Of a stretch of DNA of 64,000 bases, positions 36,068 through 45,902 are shown one piece after another. Origin of the DNA: Patescibacteria group bacterium. GTDB taxonomy: Bacteria; Patescibacteriota; CPR2; UBA1875; CAIMLA01. Position numbers and translations under genes: made by a program. The notes below the pieces were generated by a model. It was not told where the DNA came from and ran no database searches. It worked only from the letters and a program-made list of their open reading frames with translations. The stretch's first letter is position 1, and every line of letters starts with the position of its first letter. The stretch lies in NCBI GenBank assembly GCA_041738615.1, contig JBGSPL010000001.1, positions 92,071 through 156,070 on the forward strand, in the 5' to 3' direction.

Positions 36068-37558
36068 TTAAGAGACTAGGGCTGCAAGGTATTCGTATAT
36101 CCGATACATCGCAAAGGTATCGAGTTCGCAGTATTTTAGTAGGTTGTCATAAATCGTCTGGCGTTTACTCTCGGCCATTGGTTTGGCTACGCTCTCGTAC
36201 CACCGCAAAGTCGCGATGCCACCGTTTTGGATTCCTTCCAGGTTCTTGTAGCTGAGATCGGGAGCTAGGACTGGTAGAACGTATTTGATGGAGACGCTGC
36301 CGCGGAAGTCGGGGTGTACGTGAAGCTGGGTAGAGAAAATCTCCATTAGATCATAAACTCGTTCGTTTACACCTAGCAGAAAGTCTGAATACTCTGGATA
36401 ATCCTTTGCCATCTCGCGGTTGCGCCCCATCTCGAAGCCCTTGTTCCAGACGATAACGCTGCCTACGGAGCCTATATCGGTCTTCATTTGAGCCAGAAGG
36501 CCTGGTATCGGGTGTCCGTCTTTCTTTTGTGCCAGATACTCCTTATGAATCAGCTCGGCGCTTGGCTCTTCCTGGATATGAAGCGAGTACTGAAAACATA
36601 CTTGTTGATATGGCCAGGTGCCATCAAATATCGGAACTGCGGTGCTGCAAGTCTCGTAGTCGAGGAAATAGAGTGGGAACTTGAGCTTTCCCAGTTCTTC
36701 GCGGATACGGTCCTTGTCCACTAGGGCCTCCCCTACTTTGTGCGCTGTCACTTGGTTCTGCTGTTTTTCTGTAAGTTCAAAATCCTCGGGGATGTCGGCG
36801 AGATGAAAGACCTCCATATCGACAAGTCCATTCACCTTCTTTTCGCTAATACGAGTGAGGTTATAGATAGAATATTCTGGTACATCAGAATTGTAATAAT
36901 TAAACGTAGGACAGTGATTGGACTTGGTTTTGTGGCGGCAGCTGCAAGTTTTAGGCTCCTCTTCACGATGAATGTAGGCAGCGGCATCCTTGGTCATTGC
37001 CTCAACGTCTGGCTTGAGCTCGCGGAGTTTCTCGGTAACTTCCTCGTTTTCGAATAGGTGTTTCGGATTTACTTTGCCATGTCGGCGGTACTCCTTATTC
37101 AGGTGAATTAAGTTCACGGAGTTTATTTTGTATCCAGCGGCTTCGAAAGCAACTAGCTGAAAAGTACTGTCCATAAGGTGTTCTTTTTTGATCTCAGTGG
37201 TCGATTTAACCTCAAAGATATCCCAGCCATCGCCGTTTTTCTGTATTACGTCTGCCATTGCCAGGAGGCGGTCCCCTGTAATGACGGTTGCTTGAAATAT
37301 GGTCTTGGTTCCTGCGGCAACAAGTTCCTCGGTTTTCGCCTTGGCTGCCTCTAGGCGGTCATTTACAAGTACTCCATCCGGGAAAAGCTTGCGTGCGTAA
37401 TCCTCCACCTCTATACCCTGCTCGATGCGGCGCTCGACGTCTTCGGTCATTTCTTCTGGTACTATATCGCGTTTGTTTTTCCACGCCCAAAGATAAGCCG
37501 GACAGGTCTGGTACTTCAGGAAGTCAGATTTGGATAAGTAGTGCTTATGCTGGGGCAT
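36068..37558 (-). CDS. DUF2779-like protein (PD-(D/E)xK-like N-domain plus RNase H/DnaQ-like C-domain)
   Basis: LSKS...CP, ADV...EVKS, FLDYET, PYQQ..FQYS, S.SIK.VLP and YCELDT motifs. Confidence 0.8.
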   Translation of the reverse strand: MPQHKHYLSKSDFLKYQTCPAYLWAWKNKRDIVPEEMTEDVERRIEQGIEVEDYARKLFPDGVLVNDRLEAAKAKTEELVAAGTKTIFQATVITGDRLLAMADVIQKNGDGWDIFEVKSTTEIKKEHLMDSTFQLVAFEAAGYKINSVNLIHLNKEYRRHGKVNPKHLFENEEVTEKLRELKPDVEAMTKDAAAYIHREEEPKTCSCRHKTKSNHCPTFNYYNSDVPEYSIYNLTRISEKKVNGLVDMEVFHLADIPEDFELTEKQQNQVTAHKVGEALVDKDRIREELGKLKFPLYFLDYETCSTAVPIFDGTWPYQQVCFQYSLHIQEEPSAELIHKEYLAQKKDGHPIPGLLAQMKTDIGSVGSVIVWNKGFEMGRNREMAKDYPEYSDFLLGVNERVYDLMEIFSTQLHVHPDFRGSVSIKYVLPVLAPDLSYKNLEGIQNGGIATLRWYESVAKPMAESKRQTIYDNLLKYCELDTFAMYRIYEYLAALVS

Positions 37559-38271
37559 TACTTTACCAGAGTTCCTATCTGCTTGCCCTTTATGGCCGCC
37601 AGGATGTTTCCTTTTTTGAAGAGGTTTAGTACTATCATTGGGATTTCATTGTCCATACAGAGGGAGGTTGCTGTGGAGTCCATTACGTTTAACCGGTTTC
37701 CCAGGACATCCATGTAGGTAAGATTGGGGCTCATGACAGCGTCTTTGTGCTTCACCGGGTCTTTGTCGTAGACACCATCCACCTTGGTTGCCTTTACGAT
37801 TACATCGCATTCTGTTTCAAGCGCCCGGAGGGCTGCTGCGGTATCGGTAGAGAAGAATGGGTTCCCTGTACCTGCGCCAAAGATCACGACCATGCCCTTT
37901 TGTAGATGGTGGATAGCCCGCCGCCTGATATATGGCTCAGCTATCGCATCAATTTCTAGTGCTGTCATAACTCGAACTTCCTGGCCCATTTTTTCGATAG
38001 CGTCCTGGAGCGCTAGCGCGTTCATGACAGTCGCAAGCATCCCCATATAGTCTGCGGTAGTTCTATCCATCCCGTTTTCAGACGCAGAAAGCCCACGAAA
38101 GATATTGCCCCCACCAACCACTATAGAGACTTGTGCTCCCGCGTCTCTGAGCCCTATAACTTCATTTGCAATATACGTTGCCATCTTGGGGTCAATGCCG
38201 TATTCCCTATCCCCGAGAAGGGCTTCACCCGAAACTTTTAATAGGACTTTTTGGTACTTTAGCTTTGACAA
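37558..38271 (-). CDS. pyrH: UMP kinase
   Basis: [25 protein letters not shown] and GNPFFSTD; TTG at 38271 with AGGAG SD. Confidence 0.97.
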   Translation of the reverse strand: MSKLKYQKVLLKVSGEALLGDREYGIDPKMATYIANEVIGLRDAGAQVSIVVGGGNIFRGLSASENGMDRTTADYMGMLATVMNALALQDAIEKMGQEVRVMTALEIDAIAEPYIRRRAIHHLQKGMVVIFGAGTGNPFFSTDTAAALRALETECDVIVKATKVDGVYDKDPVKHKDAVMSPNLTYMDVLGNRLNVMDSTATSLCMDNEIPMIVLNLFKKGNILAAIKGKQIGTLVK

Positions 38272-38284
38272 TTTATCTCCTAAC

Positions 38285-38848
38285 TTACTTTTCGATATTC
38301 TCGCGCCCATCCCTAAGAGTCTGAGCCAACCAGATGAGCTCGCGGTAGCTGTTTTCAACGCGTTTAATGTAACTTTCGTCTAATAGTTTACCTTCATCGT
38401 CAAAGATTGTGGTGACTCTAGCAAAGTTTACGTCTGTTGCTGTTGATAGCATGTGGAGTTCGCGGATTACGGGTTGGAGCGCCTCGATGCAACGGGCACC
38501 ACCGAACATCCCGATTGAGACGCCAGCAAGGGCTACTGCCTTGTAAAAGTAGTTCTTGTATTCGGTGTCGAGCATTCGTTTTAGGCTCCCAGGGTAGCCG
38601 TGATTGTACTCCGGTGTGACAATAAAGAAACCGTCTGCCCAAGTAGTAATTTCGGTATAACCTGTGTCCTGAGTTTCAGGGTTGTTACCATCCAGGGAGA
38701 AGCTGAACTCCTTTGGGTCGACATATTTGATCTCGATTTCAGAGATCTGTTCCCCAATCTTTTTTACAAGTAAGGCTGCATTTTCTGAACGACGTCCTGT
38801 ACGAGTAGTGCCAAGAAGAATGGCGATATGAATTTTATCTCTTTTCAT
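38285..38848 (-). CDS. NADPH-dependent FMN reductase
   Basis: GTTRTGR.S and [14 protein letters not shown] motifs. Confidence 0.92.
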   Translation of the reverse strand: MKRDKIHIAILLGTTRTGRRSENAALLVKKIGEQISEIEIKYVDPKEFSFSLDGNNPETQDTGYTEITTWADGFFIVTPEYNHGYPGSLKRMLDTEYKNYFYKAVALAGVSIGMFGGARCIEALQPVIRELHMLSTATDVNFARVTTIFDDEGKLLDESYIKRVENSYRELIWLAQTLRDGRENIEK

Positions 38849-38873
38849 TTTCTACTCTTTCTTTTACCAATCT

Positions 38874-38947
38874 CGTCATTCCAGCGAAGGCTGGAATCTA
38901 GCCTCTCGGCGACTTGTCTCTGGATTCCAGCCTTCGCTGGAATGACG
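38874..38947. repeat. REPIN-like inverted doublet
   Basis: CGTCATTCCAGCGAAGGCTGGAATC...GATTCCAGCCTTCGCTGGAATGACG, a perfect 25-bp inverted repeat. Confidence 0.85.
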
Positions 38948-38960
38948 TGTGTGAGAGGTT

Positions 38961-40748
38961 TTACCAACTTCCGCCCCCGCCGCCCCCGCCGCCACCGCCA
39001 CCAAAGCCTCCAGAACTACCTGCAGCTTCCATGGACGCTTGCGCCATTGCCTCGGTGGCAACACTAGAGAAGTCGCCGATATTGTTGACAAGAGCAAGGA
39101 CAGTGAAAGCTTGTAGGTTCCCGTCGTACCAGGCGGGGTCATCCTTGTAGACATCTTCAAACTGTTTACCCCACTCTTTTTCTAATCCGAAAATAATGGC
39201 ATACGGGAGGAGCTCTTCAAATTTCTGTGGATCTTTCTTTGGCGCATTATGAAACTTGATGCGGTCAATCTCGGCCGTCTTGATATACATCTGAAGCCCC
39301 AGGAGATTTTCCTTCGCAAGCATCCCCTCTCTTGTCTTCACCGGTAAGACTAGAGCAAAGAGCAGTCCCATAGTTCCAGGGAGTGCTAACACGAAGTACT
39401 GGAGCGGTGTGCTGAGCATATAGATAGCAATAAATACTCCTAAAACAAGCAAGATTATTCCGATGGCGGCAAAAATACCCTTTGTGAACCAAGGGTTGAT
39501 TGTGTAGTAGCCCTTCTTCGTTACGTCTTTGTATGCAGCTTGATGGGCGGCGTAGTTTTGCGAGGTAAAGTCAGCGGAGATGTCAGATAGGCTGGTGACA
39601 CTGATTGGTTTGGTTTCTGGAGGCAGCGGCTTTAGGATTGCCTTCAGCACATCAGCGTTTAAATCGTTAGGCAATGTGAATTTGGTGAAAAGAGCAGAGA
39701 ATAGCAAGCTCTGGTTTGTGGATAGCATATCGTCAGGGTTCTTGAGCTTGATCAGCTGGTAGTCATCTTTTGTAAAAGGAAGTTTGAAGCCCGTTCTCTC
39801 GACACGTCTGATTTTGATATAACCCTTTATTGCCAGATAGATGATCTCGGCGGCCAGGGCTTTTTTTTCGACATAGTCGTGCAACACGATTGATGCTTCT
39901 GTCGGGGGTAGGTCACGCGGCGCATCGTAGATGGGTACGATGGTTCCCCTCCCTCTTGCGCCCAGAGCTCGTCGTATCCAAACTGTAAGATACACAATTA
40001 ACGAAATTATCGGAAGGGCGAAGTACCATGGCTGTTCCCAGAAGAAATGCTCAAACCAGCTAGGATCCGGAAAGGTGCCTTTGTTGAAACCGGCATTTAC
40101 AGTAATTCCTTGTGATGGTGAAAGTTTGTTGAGGATTAGGGATATCTTCCCTTCTTCACGGGTCAAGTTGCAGGCGCTCGAGCTCTCGACGGTGCCACGA
40201 AAACACTTGAGATCCGTAAGGGCGGCTGCCACTTCGCTTGGCATCGTGAGTTGCACGGAAACATTATTTAGCGGCACGTCCCAGCCTGTACCAATAGCGT
40301 CCCAAGCGAAGAAGTCCTCGTTTTGGTTACTCGAAATCGCATTCTGTACCAAATAGCTGATTTTGTAAGTTTGGATGCCGCTAACTAGTTTGTCTGGATT
40401 CCCGATTACTAGATTTAGATAGTAGTTATTGTCTTCTATATTTACAGGTTGTATTTTTCCTGCTGTATCAGTTACTTTCAGGCCACTAAGCGATTGCCTG
40501 GGGCTTCCATGACGAGCTCTATAGACTGTGGGTACATAACGGTATATGCCATGTTTCTGATTGTCACCAAAGTCATAATTGATAATCTCGTTTACTGCAA
40601 GCGTTCCGTTGTCCTTGAGATTCATGTCTACAGAAAATCCTGTAATGCGCTCGTTGTAGCCGTTATCGATAGACTCAACAGCTGCGCTTACGGGTGCACC
40701 GAATAGAAGACAAATAGTGATAGCAAGAAGGAGTTGTAGATACTTCAT
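38961..40748 (-). CDS. DUF2207 family membrane protein
   Basis: Signal peptide, V.EII.YDF...HGIYR, LPYAIIFG and GGGGGGSW terminus. Confidence 0.9.
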   Translation of the reverse strand: MKYLQLLLAITICLLFGAPVSAAVESIDNGYNERITGFSVDMNLKDNGTLAVNEIINYDFGDNQKHGIYRYVPTVYRARHGSPRQSLSGLKVTDTAGKIQPVNIEDNNYYLNLVIGNPDKLVSGIQTYKISYLVQNAISSNQNEDFFAWDAIGTGWDVPLNNVSVQLTMPSEVAAALTDLKCFRGTVESSSACNLTREEGKISLILNKLSPSQGITVNAGFNKGTFPDPSWFEHFFWEQPWYFALPIISLIVYLTVWIRRALGARGRGTIVPIYDAPRDLPPTEASIVLHDYVEKKALAAEIIYLAIKGYIKIRRVERTGFKLPFTKDDYQLIKLKNPDDMLSTNQSLLFSALFTKFTLPNDLNADVLKAILKPLPPETKPISVTSLSDISADFTSQNYAAHQAAYKDVTKKGYYTINPWFTKGIFAAIGIILLVLGVFIAIYMLSTPLQYFVLALPGTMGLLFALVLPVKTREGMLAKENLLGLQMYIKTAEIDRIKFHNAPKKDPQKFEELLPYAIIFGLEKEWGKQFEDVYKDDPAWYDGNLQAFTVLALVNNIGDFSSVATEAMAQASMEAAGSSGGFGGGGGGGGGGGSW

Positions 40749-40810
40749 ACAATCATTTTAGCACCGGCAGGAAACAAAAAGAAGCTCCCCAGCGAGTGAG
40801 AAACTTCTTT

Positions 40811-40885
40811 TGGTTCGGGAGGAGGGATTCGAACCCCCGAATGCTGGTACCAGAAACCAGTGCCTTACCACTTGGCGACTCCCGA
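40811..40885 (-). tRNA. tRNA-Gln (CTG)
   Basis: Reverse complement TCGGGAGTCGCCAAGTGGTAAGGCACTGGTTTCTGGTACCAG...GGTTCGAATCC...ACCA. Confidence 0.96.
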
Positions 40886-41003
40886 TTATTGTACTTTGTA
40901 CGCGGTTAATATTACCATTTTAGCTACATATTTTCAATCAAAACGTGCAACGCCGCCCTCCCCGTACGGGAAAGGCGGCGCCTGTGTGTAGATCGAGCGA
41001 AGC

Positions 41004-41366
41004 CTATGGCTGCGAGCGAATGCCGACAAAGGCCTGAGCGAGCGCCACGGTCATGGACTCTGGCAGCAGTCGGAACCAGGCCAGAAGGCCCTCGTACTCG
41101 TCGTCGCTCGGGAATCCTTCGCACCTCGTGAGTGCAACCGTGAGGTTCACCTCGGCCGCTTCGATGCCCCGGAGCTCACTGACAAACTCGGAGGAAGGCA
41201 CGTCGCCGGAGTCAGAGGCGCTCTTGATTGCGTCAAGGAGTTCCTCGTGGCAACAGGACAATCGAGAACCAGCCTGGGTACCTCGAGACTCGGTTATCCT
41301 TGTTTCGACAAGTTCGAGCAGGATGGCAGTGCGGGCAAGTACGGCCTCAAGGGCATTTTCGCGCAT
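41004..41366 (-). CDS. GC-rich hypothetical helical protein
   Basis: ATG at 41366 with GAGGTG SD; promoter TAGACA(41440-41435)-N17-TATAAT; terminator hairpin at ~40951-40980. Confidence 0.65.
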   Translation of the reverse strand: MRENALEAVLARTAILLELVETRITESRGTQAGSRLSCCHEELLDAIKSASDSGDVPSSEFVSELRGIEAAEVNLTVALTRCEGFPSDDEYEGLLAWFRLLPESMTVALAQAFVGIRSQP

Positions 41367-41463
41367 GGCGCACCTCTTTCTAGAGGAAGGAGCGTTGTCT
41401 TGACAGGCGTTATTATATAACAAAACAGAGGATTTGTCTAGCAAATCCTCTGTGAACAGTAAG

Positions 41464-42882
41464 CTATTTGGTGGCCCCGAGCCTTTTGAGTGATTCTTCC
41501 CTGCCGAGGGCCCAGAGTAGCTCTGCGGGACTCGCTGACTTCTCGCAACCCGAAAGGGCGACGCGTACCGGCCAGAAAACATCAGCATTAGTTAGCGAGT
41601 TCGCGCTAACGACTTCAGTAAGGAATTCATTCCACTCCTCTACTGTTTTGGCCGTCCAAGCGGTGCTATTTAGAGCATTAAGGGCCTCAGAAATAGCACC
41701 TAGGCCCTTCTGGGTGGCCTCTGGCGTGCTTTTTTTGAAGACTAGTATATCTGGGCGGTATGTTGGTATCTGCCAGTAGGATGCTGCTATTTCGCCAAAT
41801 TCAGCCAGGGTTTTGATCCGGGTTTGCTCTACAGTTACCACGCGCTCGAGAAGGCCCCTCTCGTGTTTATCAAGGCTAGAATCGAAAGCAATTAGGCGAT
41901 CTGTAAGCTCGGGTACCGTAAGGTTGCGAATGTAAACCCCATTTAGATAATTGAGTCTCTCGACATCAAAGACCGCAGGAGCCCTACCGATACGGTTGAT
42001 TCCAAAGGCTTTCTCTAGCTCAGGTAATGTAAATATCTCCTCGGTTGTACCAGGGTTCCACCCGAGAAATACCAAAAAGTTTAGGAGTGCTTCTGGCAGG
42101 TATCCGTTCTCTTTGTACTCAGTAAGAGCGGTGTCTCCGTTACGTTTCGACAGTTTCTTCATGTCAGAACCAACAATCACAGGTACATGAGCGAATTCGG
42201 GGTGTTTCCAGCCTAAAGCCTTGTATACCAAAATATGTTTTGGGGTAGAGGGCACAAATTCGTCACCACGAATAACGAGATTGATGTTCATTTCGTGATC
42301 GTCGATAACATTTGCGAAGTTGTAAGTAGGCCAACCATCTGACTTGATAAGAATGAAGTCTTCTAACGGACGGGTAGGTATCGCAATTTTTCCACGGACT
42401 TTGTCATTCCAGCTTATTTCTGTAGGGTTTGGTGGTATTCGAAAACGAATAACGTGCTGAGCTCCCGATTTTTCAAACTCCGCTACTTCATCTGGAGACA
42501 ACTTTAGGCACTTCCTGTCGTATACAGGGGGTAACTTATCGGCAATTTGTTTCTCTTTTAACTGCGAAAGTCGCTCCTGAGAACAAAAACACCTGTAAGC
42601 CGCACCAGTTTTTAAGAGGCTGTAAACGTAAGATTGATAAAGAGGTACTCTGTCGGACTGAGAAATCACTTCCCCATCGTAGTTTAGTCCGAGCCATTTG
42701 AGACCTTCGTGAATAGCCTCTACTGCCCCTTCGACAAAACGCTCTCGATCGGTGTCTTCTATCCGGAGATTGAACTCACCATCCGAACCTTTGGCAGCTA
42801 GATAATCAAAAAGAGCGGTTCGGACTCCGCCAATGTGTAACATCCCAGTAGGACTGGGGGCAAAACGAGTTCTATATTCCAT
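41464..42882 (-). CDS. gltX: Glutamate-tRNA ligase
   Basis: RFAPSPTG..HIG, RIEDTD and KKLSKR motifs. Confidence 0.97.
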   Translation of the reverse strand: MEYRTRFAPSPTGMLHIGGVRTALFDYLAAKGSDGEFNLRIEDTDRERFVEGAVEAIHEGLKWLGLNYDGEVISQSDRVPLYQSYVYSLLKTGAAYRCFCSQERLSQLKEKQIADKLPPVYDRKCLKLSPDEVAEFEKSGAQHVIRFRIPPNPTEISWNDKVRGKIAIPTRPLEDFILIKSDGWPTYNFANVIDDHEMNINLVIRGDEFVPSTPKHILVYKALGWKHPEFAHVPVIVGSDMKKLSKRNGDTALTEYKENGYLPEALLNFLVFLGWNPGTTEEIFTLPELEKAFGINRIGRAPAVFDVERLNYLNGVYIRNLTVPELTDRLIAFDSSLDKHERGLLERVVTVEQTRIKTLAEFGEIAASYWQIPTYRPDILVFKKSTPEATQKGLGAISEALNALNSTAWTAKTVEEWNEFLTEVVSANSLTNADVFWPVRVALSGCEKSASPAELLWALGREESLKRLGATK

Positions 42883-42949
42883 ATGTATATTTTAGCACAA
42901 AATTAGCACTTTGTCACTTGTGCGGAAAGATGAATGACCTTTATTGTAC

Positions 42950-43615
42950 TTAGTTTTTCTTGCTAAAAAAAATCTTTTTCTTTGGCTTTTCTGCGTTTAC
43001 AGCAGCGATTACTTGCTCTTCCAGGTTAGCTGACTTGGTGGTTAGTGGCTGTTCCTGGGTCTCAGAAGGTTTCGCAAGCTCTGGCTTCTTGGCAGTTTGC
43101 TTATTGTTGCCACGATAACCCAAAAGATAGGTGTTGGAGTCTTGGTCCATATCCACAAAGTCATCCGCTTCGTCCTGCAGCTTTGCCGAGGTGCTCTTAC
43201 CAAATGAAATTACCTCCGCTCTGCAGCCCTGGCTTTTGGCGTGATGTAAAAGTATCTGAAAGTCGCCGTCTCCAGAACAAAGCACGATAGCATCTACCTT
43301 TGGTGCCATTGTAAGAACGTCAACTGCAATCCCGACATCCCAGTCGGCCTTCTTCTGGCCGCTGACAAATGTTTGAAGCTCCTTGGTCTTTACTTCTATC
43401 CCCGCTTTTTCGAGTGCATCAAAAAAGTTCTGTTCTTCTGGCATTTCGGCCTTCACGGCGTAGGCGATGGCGCGAACCAGCTTCCTACCAGAGGTGGCGG
43501 TTTCTAGGATTTTACTAAAATTTACTTTATTACCGTATAAAGCGCGAGCTGAGTAATAAAGGTTTTGAACATCGATAAATACGGCTATTCTTTGATCGGG
43601 ATTCTTTAGAGTCAT
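42950..43615 (-). CDS. NYN (LabA/DUF88, PIN-like) domain protein
   Basis: VFIDVQN, KADWDV and SGDGDF motifs. Confidence 0.92.
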   Translation of the reverse strand: MTLKNPDQRIAVFIDVQNLYYSARALYGNKVNFSKILETATSGRKLVRAIAYAVKAEMPEEQNFFDALEKAGIEVKTKELQTFVSGQKKADWDVGIAVDVLTMAPKVDAIVLCSGDGDFQILLHHAKSQGCRAEVISFGKSTSAKLQDEADDFVDMDQDSNTYLLGYRGNNKQTAKKPELAKPSETQEQPLTTKSANLEEQVIAAVNAEKPKKKIFFSKKN

Positions 43616-43627
43616 ATAAGTGCCTTT

Positions 43628-43969
43628 CTAAAATGATAAGTTATCGGTTTTTACTTCTTCCCATTCGTCGCCGTCTTTCTTGAAGACACGAATCTTGGTG
43701 GTGGTTTCTGTATCAGAGAGAACATATTCTACGGTGGTGTGGTTGCCACTGCCGTGAGAGTAGTGGGTCTTTTTGTCCAGGATCATCGGAGTGGTTACCT
43801 TTTCTACCCGAAATTCATTTCCTTCCATCTCGAAATCCACGTAGTCTATATCGGAGACAAGCTCGTTCCCTAGATCGTCAGACCTAGATTCTTGTCGTTT
43901 TTGAACATCTACCTCACCGTGCTTCATTTCTAGCCGGTCCAGTAGGTCATTCCATACTCTGTCTTGCAT
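43628..43969 (-). CDS. Hypothetical acidic protein
   Basis: 113-aa ORF tightly packed in the operon. Confidence 0.75.
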   Translation of the reverse strand: MQDRVWNDLLDRLEMKHGEVDVQKRQESRSDDLGNELVSDIDYVDFEMEGNEFRVEKVTTPMILDKKTHYSHGSGNHTTVEYVLSDTETTTKIRVFKKDGDEWEEVKTDNLSF

Positions 43970-43971
43970 TT

Positions 43972-45849
43972 CTATCCTAACGACAGCGCCATCTTGTATA
44001 GAAGATCCGACGCAAAGTCATATTTTACTGTCTCTATAGTAAAGAGGAAGTCGTCTTTTGTCCAGGCAAGAGCACCCGTGGACAGCTCGGTAAAGGACAC
44101 CCCGTCTTGCTCACGTGAAACATAGGTGGCCTTGTCGTTTGATTTTATGTACTCTGCGAGAGCGTTAGCGGAATCCTTCTGCTGGGTTTGACTATAGGTG
44201 ATACTCTTGTCCTTGTCATTGACGAAAGTGAATTTAACGGTAAGCTTCTTTTTGCCTTCGTTGTAATTGCTGCTAGACATTTCGTAGCCAGGTGGTAGCG
44301 TCGCTGGGATTATCGAATCAAAGTTTGAGACTTCGGCAGCTTGTTGGGTTCTAGATTGCTGCGCGGAAGGTTTATAGAAATAGACCAGCGAAAAAGTGAT
44401 CGTAAGTATTACGAATAGTCCCCCGGCGATAGCTAGGCCTACAAGTAGCCAAAGTGACAGTTTCTTTTTTTGTCCTTTTTCTCTGATTTTCTGAGGTACC
44501 GGTGTTTGTACTGCTTTCTTGCGGGACTTTGGAGATTTCTTGAAAATGCTGTTTAGCAAGCCACTCTTCTTACGCTTTTTTGGACCTTCTATTTTGTCTT
44601 TGAAGAAGGATTTGATGACTTCTTGCTTCACGCCAGATGCTGGTGTCTCAGGTTCGTCTTCCTTTGTGTCCGCGGGCGTCTGTGGCTCGGTAGCCGAGAC
44701 AGTTGGGTGATAATTTGCTACCACTTCCTTTGCCAGTGGTGCTACTGCATCTGGATCGAAGTCCTTAGAATTTGTAACCTCCGGGCCTACTTCTGGGTCT
44801 TCTAGCGTAGCTAGCTTCTTTTCTGCTGCTTCGATTTCTGCGCTTGAAGATTCGTCCGGATGTGTCGCGGCGGTACTACCCAATTCGTGAGGTAATGTAT
44901 AGAGTTCATCGGCAGGTTTGTCGGGTGTGTTTGACTTCTCGGTCTCTTCGTTGGAGACGGTGGTCGCCACTTCCTTCTCGTCTTCTGGCTCTGGTTCGTC
45001 GCTAACCTCAGGCTCGGGTTTTATGGAGTTAGTGGGTTCGGTTATTTCTGGGGCAGCGATTTCGATCGTATCTAGAGGTGAGGCTATCTCTGGGTTTTCG
45101 ATGGGATTTGCGGGTTTATCTAGGAGCACGCCGGCATGTACCTCCGCTTTCACAGGGTCGTGGATTTCGTCCATGAGTTCCTCGGCAGCTTCTAGTGCTT
45201 TTACTTCATCTTCTCGGTCGGCTGCTTGATAGTTTTCGTTCAAGATATCCAAAAGTATGCCGCTGGCGCCTAGGGTATCGACTTCCTTTACCTTTTCGTC
45301 TAGTGACCTTGTGCTCTGAACATCTTCGGCAGGTGCTTCGAAATCATTTTCGGTAGGTATATCAATAGTTTGCCCGAGAGGTGGTATCTCTTCTAGGTCT
45401 TGAATAGGTTTTGGCGCTTCTGGAACCCCAATCGTTTCCTTTGTGGTTTCAGCTTCGGCAGGAGCGGCAGTGTAGAACCCTTTTTGGTCCAGCGCAGGAT
45501 CATCTCCAGTCCCAACAGATAGTTTGACTGGTTGCTGAGGTTCCGCGATATCAGCCACTACCGGCTCAGCCTGGTCGACTTTTGCTATAATCAAATCGTC
45601 AGCCTCATTTACTGGTAGGCCTAGATCTGACTTCATGCCGTCCTTAATCGGTGTTTGCGGTAGGAGTGGAGCTGTAGGCCTGTCAGTCGGCACTGGCGTG
45701 ACTGGAGTGGTGGGCCTGGCAATGTCGGTATTGATCATAACTCTAGCCTGCGAGTTCGCAGCGCCTACTGTGAGACCACAATTAGAGCAGAATGTTTTAC
45801 CACCCAGCTCAATCGGTTCCATATCGGTACTGCAGTATGGACAGACCAA
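43972..45849 (-). CDS. Zn-ribbon, long acidic disordered region, TM and extracellular domain protein
   Basis: CPYC...CSNCG; P/E/D-rich middle; TM after a basic patch; IIPATLPPGY. Confidence 0.8.
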   Translation of the reverse strand: MVCPYCSTDMEPIELGGKTFCSNCGLTVGAANSQARVMINTDIARPTTPVTPVPTDRPTAPLLPQTPIKDGMKSDLGLPVNEADDLIIAKVDQAEPVVADIAEPQQPVKLSVGTGDDPALDQKGFYTAAPAEAETTKETIGVPEAPKPIQDLEEIPPLGQTIDIPTENDFEAPAEDVQSTRSLDEKVKEVDTLGASGILLDILNENYQAADREDEVKALEAAEELMDEIHDPVKAEVHAGVLLDKPANPIENPEIASPLDTIEIAAPEITEPTNSIKPEPEVSDEPEPEDEKEVATTVSNEETEKSNTPDKPADELYTLPHELGSTAATHPDESSSAEIEAAEKKLATLEDPEVGPEVTNSKDFDPDAVAPLAKEVVANYHPTVSATEPQTPADTKEDEPETPASGVKQEVIKSFFKDKIEGPKKRKKSGLLNSIFKKSPKSRKKAVQTPVPQKIREKGQKKKLSLWLLVGLAIAGGLFVILTITFSLVYFYKPSAQQSRTQQAAEVSNFDSIIPATLPPGYEMSSSNYNEGKKKLTVKFTFVNDKDKSITYSQTQQKDSANALAEYIKSNDKATYVSREQDGVSFTELSTGALAWTKDDFLFTIETVKYDFASDLLYKMALSLG

Positions 45850-45902
45850 GTAATTCCCTCCTAGTTGTATTGATTATAAAATACTTTTACTTAACTTAAA
45901 AG

